Assembly: GCA_047495785.1 (NCBI GenBank)
Contig: JBLDXI010000048.1
Span: 868,001 to 932,000 of the forward strand
Source: Lepidodermella squamata
Lineage: Eukaryota; Animalia; Gastrotricha
Direction of reading: 5' to 3'
DNA length: 64,000 bases
The position numbers and the translations under genes were made by a program. The notes beneath the pieces were generated by a model. The model made no database searches, was not told where the DNA came from, and saw only the letters and a list, made by a program, of their open reading frames with translations. Below, piece after piece: positions 13,852-26,925 of the stretch (position 1 is its first letter; every line of letters starts with the position of its first letter).

Positions 13852-13870
13852 GTTAATAAATAATGAGTAG
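13852..13870. promoter_or_regulatory. Conserved upstream motif GTTAATAAATAATGAGTAG (paralog A)
   Basis: Identical to 1847-1865. Confidence 0.55.
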
Positions 13871-14261
13871 TGAATTCCTTGTTTGAAAAGGCGAATAGTC
13901 AACATGTAAAAGATGTCGCGTCAATAATTCAGGGATAGTTGGGACTTCGATGATGTTGCAAAATCTTCGAATTCAAATTTTATGTGCAACAGGATATACC
14001 TGATCTGCAACATGTTTTCTTACGTAACTGCAACTTGTAACAGCCACTATTTGCTCGTCCAAAACGACGACGGGAAAAATGACCTAGCCCAGACGGCGAA
14101 ATTGCTACGACATCACTTTATAAATATTCATTATTCGACGACTTTCACGCCAGGCGCCAGTATTTTTGCTGATATCACTTCGTTAATATTTATTTACTGC
14201 AACGTGCAATTCGCTGTACCTATTTCCGAAATAACTCAGAGTGATTTCAACATACAAAGGA

Positions 14262-14430
14262 GCGAATCGGGAAAATGTTTGAAGGTTTTCCACTAAAACA
14301 CACTCCAAAACTTCTCAAAATTGACAAAACAGTGAGATATATTTTCATTTTCTTGTCCAGTTTAGCCGAGCTGGTTGAGATGATACCCCTCCCCCGCCCC
14401 CTCACATCCTTCCTGAAAGTCGCACACTGG
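14262..14430 (+). repeat. Dispersed repeat family copy 2
   Basis: Block similarity to 2775-2895 and 15237-15378. Confidence 0.6.
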
Positions 14431-15149
14431 CTGCTTTTTTCTTTTTTTTTGAAAATTCGACAATGAATGTATGTCTTCACCTACGAGTTCATTTAGTCTT
14501 AAGAATGTTATATTGTTATTATTAAAAAAGTCGAGCTCTTTACTCGCTCGAACCAATAGTTATACGATCGATAGGTACGTACTTAGAATTGCACTATTCA
14601 AGTTAAGCCTTAAGGCAGAAGATCAATAGCCATCATCAATTGTTAACAATCCAATTGCAGCAGAGGCTTTCAGGTTTACTCAAAAGGCAGGAAATGCAGA
14701 TATGAGACATATGACTATTACCGATGGCGCAAGCGATAGCTCTTCTCCCGAGTTCAGTTAGAACCCCTATCAGCCAATCCTGCCAATTGCGTCTCAGATT
14801 ACAGTTTTTGACAACAAATGGCGATAAACTAGACACTAGAGATATTTAGTCCGACATCAGTTCTTTATGGATTTCGTCATGATATTCATGATATAAACAC
14901 ATTCAATTTTAGAGATGCAAAAAGTTAGTTTTAAGCCAATTGTTTCTTTTCTTTCTATTCAAGTCTTTCTGGCGCCCGCATTGCGACAACTATTAATCGG
15001 TTCGGTTGGAGCTGCAATGAAGCATCTCGAAAATGCACCTGCCGCCACCTAACACTTCGGTTGCTAAGCGTGTAAGAAAAGTGGCTGACATGAAAGGTCA
15101 AAAATTTGTCAGCAATTGTTTATGGTACCCAACGAATTCATTATTGATG

Positions 15150-15378
15150 AAACCAATGATCCCCTATAGCTGCCAGGGATGGAAAACTGTTTTTGCTGTT
15201 TTTGCCAAAATGAGCAATAATTTTAGCTCATAAGTGAGCGAATCGAGAAAATTGTGAAGATTTTCCACTGAATAAGCTCCGAAACTTTTCAAAATTAACG
15301 AAACGGTGGGATCAATACTCGTTTTGATGTCTGGACCGGCCGAGATGAGATTCTCCCCTATGAAAGTCGCGCGCTGAA
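15150..15378 (+). repeat. Dispersed repeat family copy 3
   Basis: Block similarity to 2700-2895 and 14262-14430. Confidence 0.6.
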
Positions 15379-15892
15379 TGAAATAACGATTGCGTAAATG
15401 GGTCCACAGTCAGCTTTCATATATCAGTCCGCAATCAAGCTAATAAATTATGAAGAATTCGTAGAATTTATTGGATTTGTTGGAGTAGAATTGTATTTAT
15501 TGGAAACTGGTATTGCAAGTAGATGACTAAGCTGTAACTTTTCGTTTTTGTTTGCGGATAATCCAGCTGAGCACAATAATTATGCTATCATTTTTTATTC
15601 CCATCGTTTACCATGAAGCATTAGCTTCCAGCTGTTACTATTCAGTTTCAACTGTGAAATGCCTTTCTTACTTCAGATTTCTGTCTCGTGGCTCTCACTT
15701 AATCGCATGCAATAAAACATGGATACAGTCAAGTTAGGAAAATGTGCCGGACAATACCGGACAATAGTTCTAAATCGAACTAGCCGCATTGTGAGCAAAA
15801 ATTCCATTGTTAGCAAGAAACGACGAAATAAAATTCAGAACGATAGGGGATAGGTGAAAATAGAGTGACACGGTTAGCAAGCAGAGACACGA

Positions 15893-16800
15893 TCATGAGT
15901 TAGACGCTGAGCGTTGATTTTTTTCACAGCCATCCACTCGATGTAGACTTACCAAGCCTTGCCGCCAACCACACGCCAATCTTGTCGAACTACGTTCAAG
16001 ATGCGATGGCGAAATTGATTGTAGAATAGCCGTTAGCTGATTCCCGCTAATAAAAACGACCAACGAAACCTTGTGCACTCATGCTACCTCGATTTGGTAT
16101 CCACCAAGACGCCAAGATGTTTTCGCAAGCCTGTTGATATAGATGGGAATTAATCATCTCAATTATCTCAAAGTATATTGTGCAAACGATAAGAGTTAAA
16201 ATACCTAAATGTTTCGACCTACGTGGACCAAAAAGCTGGCAGGAAGAATGAGCTTGAACAAACAGATCTCGCGACGCTGCCCCTCTGAGACAAATATGCT
16301 TTTCCGAGGTTGCAAACGTTTTCATTGTATCCCCCTCAATGACGAGGGTTCGAACACTCACCGTGCTGAATGGCCAAACCATGAATGTGAGGCTCAAAGA
16401 GGCTCTCTGTGAAGAGTAAACCAAACGAGGGCTATCTGGGCGATAGTGGCTATTTTCAGCGTGTTCGGCCGATAGTTAGCTGTATTCGACAAAAGACAAA
16501 GCCTTCGTTCGTACGACATCAGAGATTCGATATAGCGACAACCCATGTTTCCAAACACCAAGCCGAATTTGCACGACCAGTCTGGAGCACGAAAGCCGCC
16601 TGTTTCAGCGGTTGAGATATAGAATAGGAACATTGTTGCGGCAAAAGCGAAAGTGGAGGAGACTCACCAAAACGAGTAAATCGCCATTCACGCCCCGTCA
16701 AATGAACACAATCATGTTGACAATGCTGGCGATGATGAGGTACAAGCAGCGAGTGTTGAGAGCAACACAGAAAGATGAATGATGAATTAGTTCCAAAGAC
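15893..16800 (-). pseudogene. Frameshifted paralog of the GPCR at 19568-20891
   Basis: Pieces in different frames: PDWSCKF..IESLMSYERRLCLLSNTANYRPNTLKIA, FMVWPFSTVSVRTL, LTAILQSISPSHLER, all matching the intact gene; internal deletions. Confidence 0.85.
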
Positions 16801-17229
16801 GAATTTTTTTGCCCGGTTGCTTTCTTCTTCAACTCACTCCACTTTTCTTCTACCTCACATTAAAACAGCAGGCAACAATATTTCACGTGGATTCTCTCCT
16901 TCCCCCTTACTTCTCATTTCTTGAATGACGGCGGCTAACAGTCCAAAAGTATTGATCTTATTTGGGAGAAAATGCGTAGAATGGTTTGCCGCAAGAAGAC
17001 GAGCATCGCACTACTCCTGTTGGCACAGCCGCTGTTATTGAAGTATTAAGAAATAACTCACGTGAAACATGTTTGTCTGCTATTAACAATTTTCGTTGAA
17101 GACAAATGGACTAAGCTGAAGAAAACTGCAAAATGAGCCCGCTCAAGCGAAGTTGGATTTACTAGAGAAACCATCCATGTCTTTATTCAATTCGTCCAAA
17201 AAATAGATAAACCGTGTGCAACTTTCAGG

Positions 17230-17442
17230 AGCTGGGTATCATCCTCCAGACAGACAAAAAATGAAAATGTATGCCATAGTTATGTAAATTGTCAATTTTG
17301 AGAGGTTTCGGACGTGTTCTAATGAAAAATCATAACAATTTCCTCATTTCGCTCGTTTTTCGGTTGAAACCGCCAGTGACTTTAAAAAGTATAGTACACA
17401 TTTTTTCCGTCCCTATCAGTTCCAGGATCCAAGATCGCACCA
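17230..17442 (-). repeat. Dispersed repeat family copy 4 (inverted)
   Basis: Reverse complement similarity to 2681-2895 (CAGTTCCAGGATCCAAGATCGCA; GTCAATTTTGAGAG). Confidence 0.6.
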
Positions 17443-17759
17443 CATGAAGCTAAGCTAGGCCACTATTAGAAATACCGAAGAAACCGATGTAAAATGGTTC
17501 GGACATGGTATTCTTCCATTCTTAGAATACAATAGTTAGTGATATTAAGTGTGCTATTAGTGATCTTAGTTGAAGTGATATTAAGTAACCGCAATTCGTA
17601 GTAAATGCAACAACTTAAAATGTTAATTTTTATTCACGATATATTTATATGAACTGTCACATTTCACCCTGCTAGATTAAAGATTTAACTGTTGCTAACT
17701 TTCTCCTCTCTTCTCTCCGAAACCTCTCACTGCTTTCTGTTGATGAGCCGATGCCACAT

Positions 17760-18131
17760 TTACAGCTTGAAGTAAGAGTTGCCAACAGATTGCCCTCGAG
17801 TTTTGCATTGGCTTACGGCTGATAAGAAGCACATTGGAGGCTTATCAGACGTGACGCGGAACGAGTAACACATCGCAGAACGCTGGCAGTTCACCGCACA
17901 GTCGAAATCCTCTGCGACCTTTCCGTTTGCGTATGAATAGGGGCATCCCAACTTCTGGGGAGGACCGAATGTCGCCAACACAGCTCGTCTATTATCCTGC
18001 GCATCTACAATTACGAATAAATTAAGGTGAATTTTAAGTAGGAGGTAGAATATCTTACTGTTTCCTCCGGCCGATTGTTGTATTGCCACAAGGCCTATCA
18101 GAAAGATAGCAACGTCGATATTGCACTTCAT
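17760..18131 (-). CDS. Small secreted cysteine-rich PAN/apple-like protein, one 54-nt intron (18058-18005)
   Basis: Signal peptide; GTAAG...TGTAG in-frame intron; CAVNC..SAMCYSFRV....CFL is a PAN-type cysteine pattern. Confidence 0.7.
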   Translation of the reverse strand: MKCNIDVAIFLIGLVAIQQSAGGNSKIFYLLLKIHLNLFVIVDAQDNRRAVLATFGPPQKLGCPYSYANGKVAEDFDCAVNCQRSAMCYSFRVTSDKPPMCFLSAVSQCKTRGQSVGNSYFKL

Positions 18132-19567
18132 GGTTGATACGTCGAAATGATGTAATTACAAGAATAAAATAGCTGCAAATGCTCAAATCGACTCAACTCA
18201 TCTTTTCAATGGTCGTTTGTTTGTTGAAAGAGATGCTGGTTTTTCGCAGAAAGTCACGCGAAGGTTCACGTGTCATAAACCAGCTAGAGTAAATACGCAC
18301 GAATAATTATTATAAAATAATTTCTGTAAGTCGGTGTGACTTTTTCCATCCGACCAATGTCTTATTTCATCCGAAAACTAAAAATGTTACTAAAAACATC
18401 CGAAAAAATGAAGCTGTTCCAGCGACAGGCATGTGAATGGCGTAGCAAAATTGAATGTTTTTTCCATGGATTTCGTCAATAAGAGGATGACTCTGTATGA
18501 ATGGCTGTATCATTATTGCTTCAAGGCTACAGATTTACAAGTCGATGCTACGCACAAACTCATCCGGCTCAGCCTGGCAGAGCTAAGCTTCTATTAGCTC
18601 GAACGTCCGACTGCTTTCGAGGACAATTTCGAGCTGAGAATCTACCCATAGGCCTGATGTAGCCCTTATTACCTTGGCCCTATTTGCATTTGGCTAGAAG
18701 TATTGGACCTACAGTAAGCTCATGGAGATAATTGCCATAGGCCAACCGTAGCCTTAAAACTGCCCGACTAAAATGTCGTAAGTCGTAAGTCGAGGTTCTA
18801 GCATTGGACATGGCCAAGGGTCCCGTGGCAGTCGTGGCACTCGTGAAGGACGTCGTGGCGGTGTCGCAACTGGTGCACCTGGTGGTCGTGTAGCTGGCTC
18901 GGTTGAAATCACCGATCAGCGATGCACGAGAAGCAACACTTAAATAAACAAATCTTAATAAAATGACTGTTTATTTATGATTGATGAATCGTTCAGACGA
19001 GTCGTTCCGGTGGATATGTTCCCCTCCAACCTCCAACCCGCCTGTTGATCGCACAATGGTAAAACTCTGTAACGTTTATTAAATTTTGTTACATCTCAAT
19101 CTCTCATTCAACATAAACCATTATCTGTCGACAGATAAATCAATTACATTGAATCATGTACAAGGAAAATCGCAAATAAATGACAATACGTCATTGATTA
19201 CACATTCAGCATTCAGGATAGGTTGAGGCATAGCAAAATTTTGGTGATTGATCGCGAAAATTCGAAGTTGGCACTTAATTAACAAAAATTAAGTTGAAAA
19301 ATGTAAAAACAAAGATGTGATCAGAAATTGCTTGCAACGTTGTATCGATTGAAAATCAGCTTGATAAAAGGTAAGACCATTCTCAACAAATTAAAATCAG
19401 AATATGGTGGTAATTTGAGCAAGTCAAAAAGAACCTGGAGGGTAGCTCTCTCGCCCAAGCTGGTTACAATGAAAAACAACAATAATCCGGAGCCAGTAGA
19501 AGTACTTGATACTTGTATATAGATTGAGTGCGGCTGGAAGTTAGCAGACTGCGACCAAAACTAGGAA

Positions 19568-20891
19568 TTACACGCTAACAATGACCGCAACTTGATTTTT
19601 GTTTACAGCCATCCCACTAGATGTGGATTTGCCAAGCCTCGCCCCTAACCATTCGCCGAACGCGTCGAACCAGCGCTCGAGGTGCGACGGCGTGATCGAC
19701 TGAAGAATCGCCGACAGCAACGAGCCGCTAATTACAACGCAAAGCGAGAACTTTCGAACCCATGCCGTCTCTATCTCGTACGCACCGAGACGCCATGTCG
19801 CTATGGCAAACCTGTAAATAAGAAAGACTGTAAAGTAATATTTCATTGACTAGAGAAACAACTTACGTTGACCAAAACGCTGGCAGAAAACTTAGGACGA
19901 ATATGGCGAAGTTCAGAACAGTAAGTTTGAACAAGTAGATCTCGCGACGCTTCCACTCAGAGGCAAATATGCTTTTCCGGGGTTGTACAACGCTGTGAGT
20001 TGACCGACGTGAGCCAAGTGTCGCGTTATTGGTCCGCAAAGACCCGTCATTACTACGCAGAGTCGCTATTGCCTTGAACGTTTTGAAGTAGTTGTAGCCG
20101 AGAAATGGGATTGCTACACTGTAGTTGGAAGCGTAGTATAGGACCATCAGGAACGAAGTGTCGAAATCGTTGATGAAATTCAAATCCCATTCTGAGCAAA
20201 GCGCAATTGTCTGGTTCGAATCGATATCCTCTACAGTTAACGTTCGGACACCCACCGTGCTGAATGGCCAAACCATGAACGCGAGGCTCATTAGAGTACA
20301 CCAAATGAGAGTTATCAGGGCTACTATCGCGATTTTTAGAGTGTTTGCCCGGTAGCTGGTCGAATTCGACGAGAGACAAAGCCGGCGTTCGTATGATAAC
20401 AACGATTCGATGTTAGTTCCGTAAATACCCGTGACCCATGAAGCGACGAAGATTAGCTTACACGTCCAGTCTGGATGCTCCCAGCCACCGGTCTGAACGG
20501 GAATAGCGTAGCAGATGAAAATTATTACGGCGAATGAGATGCTTCGGACGTGTAGAATGCTAACCAACATGAGGAAATCGCGTTTAACTCCTCGTCGATT
20601 GTAAACGATAAGATTGGTAACGCAGGCGATGATAAGGGCTACCGTCAAAATCCCGACAATGGTTGGAAATATTAGTCGATGTTTTAGACTTTTCTGAGAC
20701 AAATCGTGAGCGAAGCCGATGTAGTACTGCTTCGGGTGGCCATAACCACGATCTGGCAACTCCGCTAGTAACCAACCACTATTTATGACAGTCGCTCCTG
20801 GGCTGTCAGGATTAGTCGAGTTGTCAGGCTCGATGGGCACGTGTGCATTCGTTGCATTGGTTAAATTTGACATTCCCGTTGAGTAGAACAT
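19568..20891 (-). CDS. Rhodopsin-like (class A) orphan 7TM receptor; join(20891..19867,19812..19568)
   Basis: N-glycosylated N-terminus, hydrophobic helices, W..WTCK in ECL1, SYERR at the DRY position, FVLSFLP in TM6; a 54-nt GT-AG intron joins TM7. Confidence 0.8.
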
Positions 20892-21565
20892 TAAGCTCCA
20901 CTACAATTGGTGATTTTAAAATTCGAACAGGTTTTTCAGCTGATGTTGATAAATTTAAAGCTGAAGACAACAATATTTATAGCTGGCTCATGATTAATGC
21001 TTGGACTATCTTTACCAAGGAATCCGTGTTGATTAGCGTTCTTCGTTCAGTGAGTCACGAATTTCAAGTGAATAATCTCGCTATAATTACCAGTATCGAT
21101 TTGATTGCTTCATATTGAGATCTTCAGTATTAAATCATCAAAGTCTGCGAGTGCGAAATTGTTTCGCGATGAGTTGCATTTTGCGGTTTTTGGTGCTATA
21201 ACGCGTCGATTTTAGAAAATTGCAAATCGAATCTGATTGAAGCGAATTCACGCGATACAACTGTGCCCGCACAGGTCTCAACCGCATTTCTAGACTGCAT
21301 CCTCGTCTGATTACAGTGAGACTCATCAGCGATGAGTGCTTGTCAGAGGGTGCAAGGCTAAAAAAAGACAAGTTTGGCGAAGTCTGCGCAAATAACACGC
21401 TCAGCATACAGAACGGAGTAATAGGCGCCAAGGTTATCAGCAAACTTCGAAGTTCTAACGATCACATGCTTTGCTTTACGATCGTACATATAAAAGGCTT
21501 GATATCAGCACCAACATGCTCTTTCGAAGTTTCAGCCCCAACTCAGCTCCTAGATCTGAAGTTTC

Positions 21566-21720
21566 CAGGGCTGCAAAACCTGAGAAATTTCCCGCGCACT
21601 TATTCTCAAAATTTCCCGCTAGTTTTGACCCATTTCAGCCAATTTTCCAGCAATTTACTGTCATTTTTCGAAAATTTCCCACGCACATTGTGCACCATTT
21701 TTGCATGTTTTCAAGGCCTG
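21566..21720. mobile_element. hAT-type MITE (155 bp) with 8-bp TSD
   Basis: TSD GAAGTTTC at 21558-21565 and 21721-21728; termini CAGGGCTGCAAAAC / GTTTTCAAGGCCTG. Confidence 0.8.
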
Positions 21721-22015
21721 GAAGTTTCAGCTGGTCAAAGATTCCTCAAACAAAGTGCCGAAGCGATCAGCACGTTTTTAAACATACTTAGACACGAGTT
21801 AACTTTTCCCATACAATGAAATGAAATAAAAAGGTATACACCACTTTCATCGCTTTCATTTTTACTCAACAAGACTTTCGGGACGTTTTGCCTAACTCTA
21901 GACCTATCGACTAATAAAATCTGATCATAAACCCTCATGGCTGCTAATTTTCTAATTCCCTTTGGAACGATTCAAAAAGGCATTAAGTTGATCTGGTTCT
22001 TTTAATTTGCTTTAT

Positions 22016-23131
22016 TCACACAATAACAGGCTGATTTGCCTCCGCTAGAGACGAAATAAACACCGGTAATGAACAGGAGTAACCACAGCCTCTTCGTACT
22101 TCTATAGGCCTAGGCGGTCGCTGTGACGTTCCATCTCGATAGTACACCGAAACATTCAGATCTGCAGTCGACGGCTCGCTTCGGGGCCTAGTCAGCTCAA
22201 TTAGTATGCTTGAAGCATAATTTGGCTGTTTTCCAGTTTCAAAACCACCAAAAGCTGCCTGTAAAGCCGCTAAATGATTATCGTGACTGGAATACACCAA
22301 AAGCTTGGGCCCGGCTCCGTAATTCGCCTCCTGCATGACAGGGAACAAAAAGCCCAGCATCGGGATCGTATAAGCTCGAGTTCTCTGCGGTAAGTCAGGC
22401 GAAAATTCAGCTCGAAACCTGAAATCGAAGATATCATGCAGGAAATCGAACGTGGTCTGGTTATTCTCGATCCAATCGACTAATTTCAGACCGTGTGTTC
22501 GCTCAGAGATCGCAGCATCAGCTATGCTGACGAATGCTTCGTAAGTCGCCTCGGATTTCACAGCACTCGAGATCTTAAGGTCGAGACCAGCTTTTGAAGC
22601 GATGTCTTCGAATGTAGCTTTGTCCTTTAGCATTTTCTCCCGCATCAGATTGCCGACTTCTTTCAACTCTCCACAGAATTCGCGATGGCAAGGCATGACA
22701 AGGTCTTGCCGATGTAGAATCTCCACCTCAGAATCATTTCGACCAGTCAGTCCGGCCAGGAAGGATTCGGCACTTTTCTTGGTACGACTTCTAGGTGTTG
22801 TGTAGGCAGCAATTTTGGAATGGGGCAACTTTTCGTTATCAAAGTAGCATTTCCTTACGAAATGCCCGAGTTGATGGTGCTGCTCGATTCCTAAAGGCGT
22901 CAACTGCCCAAATCCACCGTAGTTTCGATTCCAGAACTCCTCGCTATAAATATCGGTTGGAAATGTGGACATTGGCGTCCTTGCCCCATGCCGCATCACC
23001 ACGATAAGTTGAACCAGGCGATCGGGTTGAATGTCCTTCCTATCACAAAATCTCCGAAATTCTTCATCGCAGAGGGCTGAATGTAAGATGAAAGGCGCAA
23101 TGAGCGATGTAAGGGTTGATATTCGAAACAT
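22016..23131 (-). CDS. Secreted histidine acid phosphatase (lysosomal/prostatic/venom type), intronless
   Basis: Signal peptide; RHGARTP catalytic motif; GQLTPLG; SSHDNH (HD motif); PNYASSILIEL; no C-terminal TM. Confidence 0.93.
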   Translation of the reverse strand: MFRISTLTSLIAPFILHSALCDEEFRRFCDRKDIQPDRLVQLIVVMRHGARTPMSTFPTDIYSEEFWNRNYGGFGQLTPLGIEQHHQLGHFVRKCYFDNEKLPHSKIAAYTTPRSRTKKSAESFLAGLTGRNDSEVEILHRQDLVMPCHREFCGELKEVGNLMREKMLKDKATFEDIASKAGLDLKISSAVKSEATYEAFVSIADAAISERTHGLKLVDWIENNQTTFDFLHDIFDFRFRAEFSPDLPQRTRAYTIPMLGFLFPVMQEANYGAGPKLLVYSSHDNHLAALQAAFGGFETGKQPNYASSILIELTRPRSEPSTADLNVSVYYRDGTSQRPPRPIEVRRGCGYSCSLPVFISSLAEANQPVIV

Positions 23132-23862
23132 TGCTGATGTTTCGTGTCAAATAGCGCTGAGAGAACTCAGCCAATTAAGCCTTTGCGTGTAACTCAAAAA
23201 ATGGGCATTATAGAGTGAGCATATGCTACCAATCGTATGTATCTTTCGCACGCAATATATCTCACTTCGAGCTCATTTAAACGAATTCTCACTACGAGTG
23301 AAGCCGGCTAGATGACAGCTGGATGCAGCTGAACAAGACCGTTTCTACGGCTTAAGACAGTTGCCATGCCAACGCGCAGAAAGAGACGGACACGGATTAC
23401 GTGAAACAATAACAATATGAATGATAAGTTCGTCGCAATGTTTTTATTCTTATTTGCCAGGGCGGCTTTGATTTGACTGGTTGGCCTTGTTTTTTTACTC
23501 TGATTTCAAGTCCTGCCTGAGGGTAACGAGCTCAGAATGAAAAAACCTGGAACTCATTATTTCAATTTACTTCAAAAATGCCCAGCTCATACGATTTAGG
23601 AAGCAAATTTTATTTGAAATCACAGCTTAAAAAATCACCTTGGTCAAGATTGACCAGAATACTTTGAATAAATCACAAGCAAATTCAGCCGAACATTCTC
23701 AAGATAATGCAGTGTTCAATTCGGAACTCTTCGCCTAAAATTTGTAGAATTATTTTAAAAATAATATGAAATTTGAAACAATTAGGATGAAAAAATGCAT
23801 TTTGGATATAATTTTTCGCGATTAACCTGACTTCATCTTTTTTCAATCGAATTAATGGCATT

Positions 23863-24017
23863 GAGGGTTATTTTGGGAGCTCCCTTTATCATAAAGTCGA
23901 CTTTATGACGTCGATAACACAAGTTTTTCTGAGTCGAACCACAGTAGTTTCTGCAAATCTGCGTCATTTCGACGTCACAAAGTCGATATAATAAAGGGAG
24001 CTTCGAAAATAACCCTC
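23863..24017. mobile_element. Foldback MITE (155 bp), 3-bp flanking duplication ATT
   Basis: GAGGGTTATTTT..GAGCTCCCTTTAT vs ATAAAGGGAGCT..GAAAATAACCCTC; inner TCGACTTTATGACGTCGA vs TCGACGTCACAAAGTCGA; ATT on both sides. Confidence 0.75.
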
Positions 24018-24660
24018 ATTGAGCAATCACGGATCATGGACCGATTTCAAGGCATAAGACGTGTGGTTCCGTCAAGAGGGAAGGGGGAACAAGAGGGTGT
24101 TTAGATTCAATGGGATACATTTTGTATCTTCCCAGGCGTGATCTCGTTTTCATTCGACTGGCCTATTAAGATCAGAACAAGGTAAAAAATCGGACAGAAG
24201 CTCCCGCCGCCCCTCCTCGGGATGTTGCGATTTTCAAAGTCAAAATCGAATGATTAAAAGTTGTAAAAAAACCCGTAAGGTCAAGGAGCAATGAGAGCAA
24301 TGAGAGAGTAGTGGCAGCCAGTTTCATGGTAGATCAGGCCTATCGACTATCGAAAATCGGCTAATAATTTTAATAAATCAGGGCAACTCAGGGAATGAAA
24401 TCGGTCTAATTTTATGAAAATAAATACGTGTAGGTATCGAAATTAAAATAAATCTTAAAACAAGGACATGATTCTTACGCAACACAGCCGGGAACAAAAT
24501 TAGGAATAACTGAAGTTTCAGTTTCCTTGAAAAACGATTTATATCCTATTTTTTGATCATGCTGGCAAATTTCAAGAGATTTTCCGACCGGGAAAAGCTA
24601 AAAAATGAAAAATCAGGGCAATTCAGATGGGTCTTTTAGTTGATCAGTGATCAGCGATTG

Positions 24661-26559
24661 AGGGTGCGTTTCTTTTTCTCCAACAGAGATGAAATTATTA
24701 ACAAAACAAGCCATAAACAGGCCATATGATTTGACCCGGCTGAAATGTCGGCACTTATTATATTAGGCTATAAGCGCTGATTTTCAATATTTCCTGCTGA
24801 TTTCCTATTTGAAAATTTGACAAATTAACCGATTGAAACATGATGACCCTTAATATGACTGAAATTTCAGTTGTCCCAAGGCCAAATTAAACAACCTGCC
24901 AAAATATTACCTATTCTATTGACTTCTCAGGTCGCCATGGCAGCTACATAGCCAACCATTTCTTTATCGATTTAATCTAATAACAAAATCAGCGTGTCTC
25001 ATTTGATAAGCGAGATTTTGTTAATGCAAAAAATCGAATAAAGAAATGCCTCTGATTATTGTTTTTGCTACAAACAAAATCAGAATAAAGAAATACTCAC
25101 TGTCGGTTGTTTTTAACATAAATGGATAAAGAAATCGCTCCTTTTGCCCTATAAAGTAACTGTTCCCCTTTTACACACCCATTCTCTGTTGAAAAGGCGA
25201 TTTTTTGCCTCATGACATTTTGCATTATCGCGGCGCGGGGCAGTATATTTATTATAAGAATGCGCTGGTCGATGCCGTATATTCTGCAGAATGAATTCAT
25301 TATAAAAAGGCTTTATTGCAATAGTATAGAACGCTTTGCAGAGAATTATGCAATATATCCCCCAAAAAATCACTTTTTATGCAAGATAAATTCTTAGATT
25401 TTTGTAGTTTTCTTCTCGAAATTCGAAACTGTTACAATTGGTTGGATTTAATGCTCTCTTGGAATAATGAAACCATCAGTTACTGCCATCGTCAAGGTGT
25501 TTGAGATGGACGCTAACTTCGAGAAAGTTAAATTGTAGGTGAATAACAATTTCCCATCACACCGGATCAAGTTCTCAGGAAATTCGGGAGGCAAATGTTA
25601 CGCATACTACACGTGAATGAAGCGTGGCCTTCTGAGATGCCCCGAATCGGTGAAAGACGTCGAAAACCGCAGTTGCGATGGACCCGTAGCTTTGGTTCCT
25701 CAAAATCCAGAACAAAACCAGGAGCAAGATCCCAACGCAACGAGCATCGAGATCTTGCGCACTGACAGCTCAAGATGTTGTTGCTGCTGTTGTGAACAAC
25801 TTCTTCAAAATTGCCAGAATCTTACTCGCCTGTCGAATATACGCATGCCTTGAAAAATGAATCGTTTCAAGTATTTCATTCTGCGGTTGAATACCTGAGT
25901 ATAGGCTATCAGTTATCCCCCATATCTCAATACAAGTTTTTGAAGTTTTCTTGAAACCTGTCCAGTATCTGATATAATTCTGATTCACGACGCAGTTACA
26001 TCAAAACCAAACGGATCCAACTGTGATTGACTGTGCGAGAAATATATTCAAGTTTGGAGCAGTCAAAAATTCAGTTTTTGCCAGGAAAGCCTGCATTGGC
26101 AAGGGAGTACGCTACAGAAGGCCTTTTTGCCGTGAAACACCCAGTGAAAACGACTTTCACAAGGAATTTTTGATTTTTTAGTTGACTTTCTGCAGAATAC
26201 CGGGCTCCAACTGCAAGAAAGCCCGGTTTTTATGCAGAAAGTCTGAATTATTATGCAAGATAACCGCTGCCACATTGCTCATCATGCATAAAAAATGAAG
26301 CGCACATGCGTTTTTATGCAAGATAACTTACTTAATGCTCGCACCTTATGCGAAATAGTAGACAACACGGGTAACGCTTCTGCCATACTTCTGCTGCCCG
26401 AGAAAAAAATTACGCAGCTCGCAAACATATGAATTACTACGGGGCTGCGCTCATACATGGGTTTTGAAAACGTTCCCTTATAGGGCAAAAGGAGCGAAAT
26501 GGTCTCTGTTTTTTGCCTTGTTTTCAACAAAATCTGTTGAGAATAAAGAAACGCACCCT
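24661..26559. mobile_element. Degenerate DNA transposon with long imperfect TIRs (Mutator-like?)
   Basis: Inverted blocks 24661-24686 / 26534-26559 and a perfect 20-mer 25135-25154 / 26478-26497; decayed coding-like interior at ~25490-25850. Superfamily assignment is inference. Confidence 0.45.
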
Positions 26560-26925
26560 GAGCAAGTTGATCAGACCTGAGGAAAAATCTGCAAATCAAG
26601 CAGATAGAAGATTGGCGGGCATTTTAATAGCTTTTGAAATGAATTGCTGATTTTGTCTGATAAACTGGCGTAATTTCTGATGGAAAATTTTAACAAAAAA
26701 GCAAGACGGCTCGTAGCGCGACTTGAGTGGCAGCTAATCCACACACTCTGTTGCATAATCACAGCCATTTTAAAGCCACAAGAACAGCTTAATGCACTGA
26801 TGATCTTACAACTCGTTTGAACTAAACTTGAAATAACTGGATCTCTCAAAACCACGACAACGCGCCGCTAGGTTTCTAGGGACGCTTTATTATTTTAATT
26901 TTTCGCGCTCAATTTTTTTAATCTA

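Noticed and set aside
18330-19030. Possible decayed Mutator-like element (CCGA repeats, LRTNSS..W, Gly/Arg-rich stretch)
   Set aside because: No clear TIR/TSD or continuous frame; too weak to call.
21316-21819. 167-aa ORF
   Set aside because: Spans a MITE with TSDs; no protein motif.
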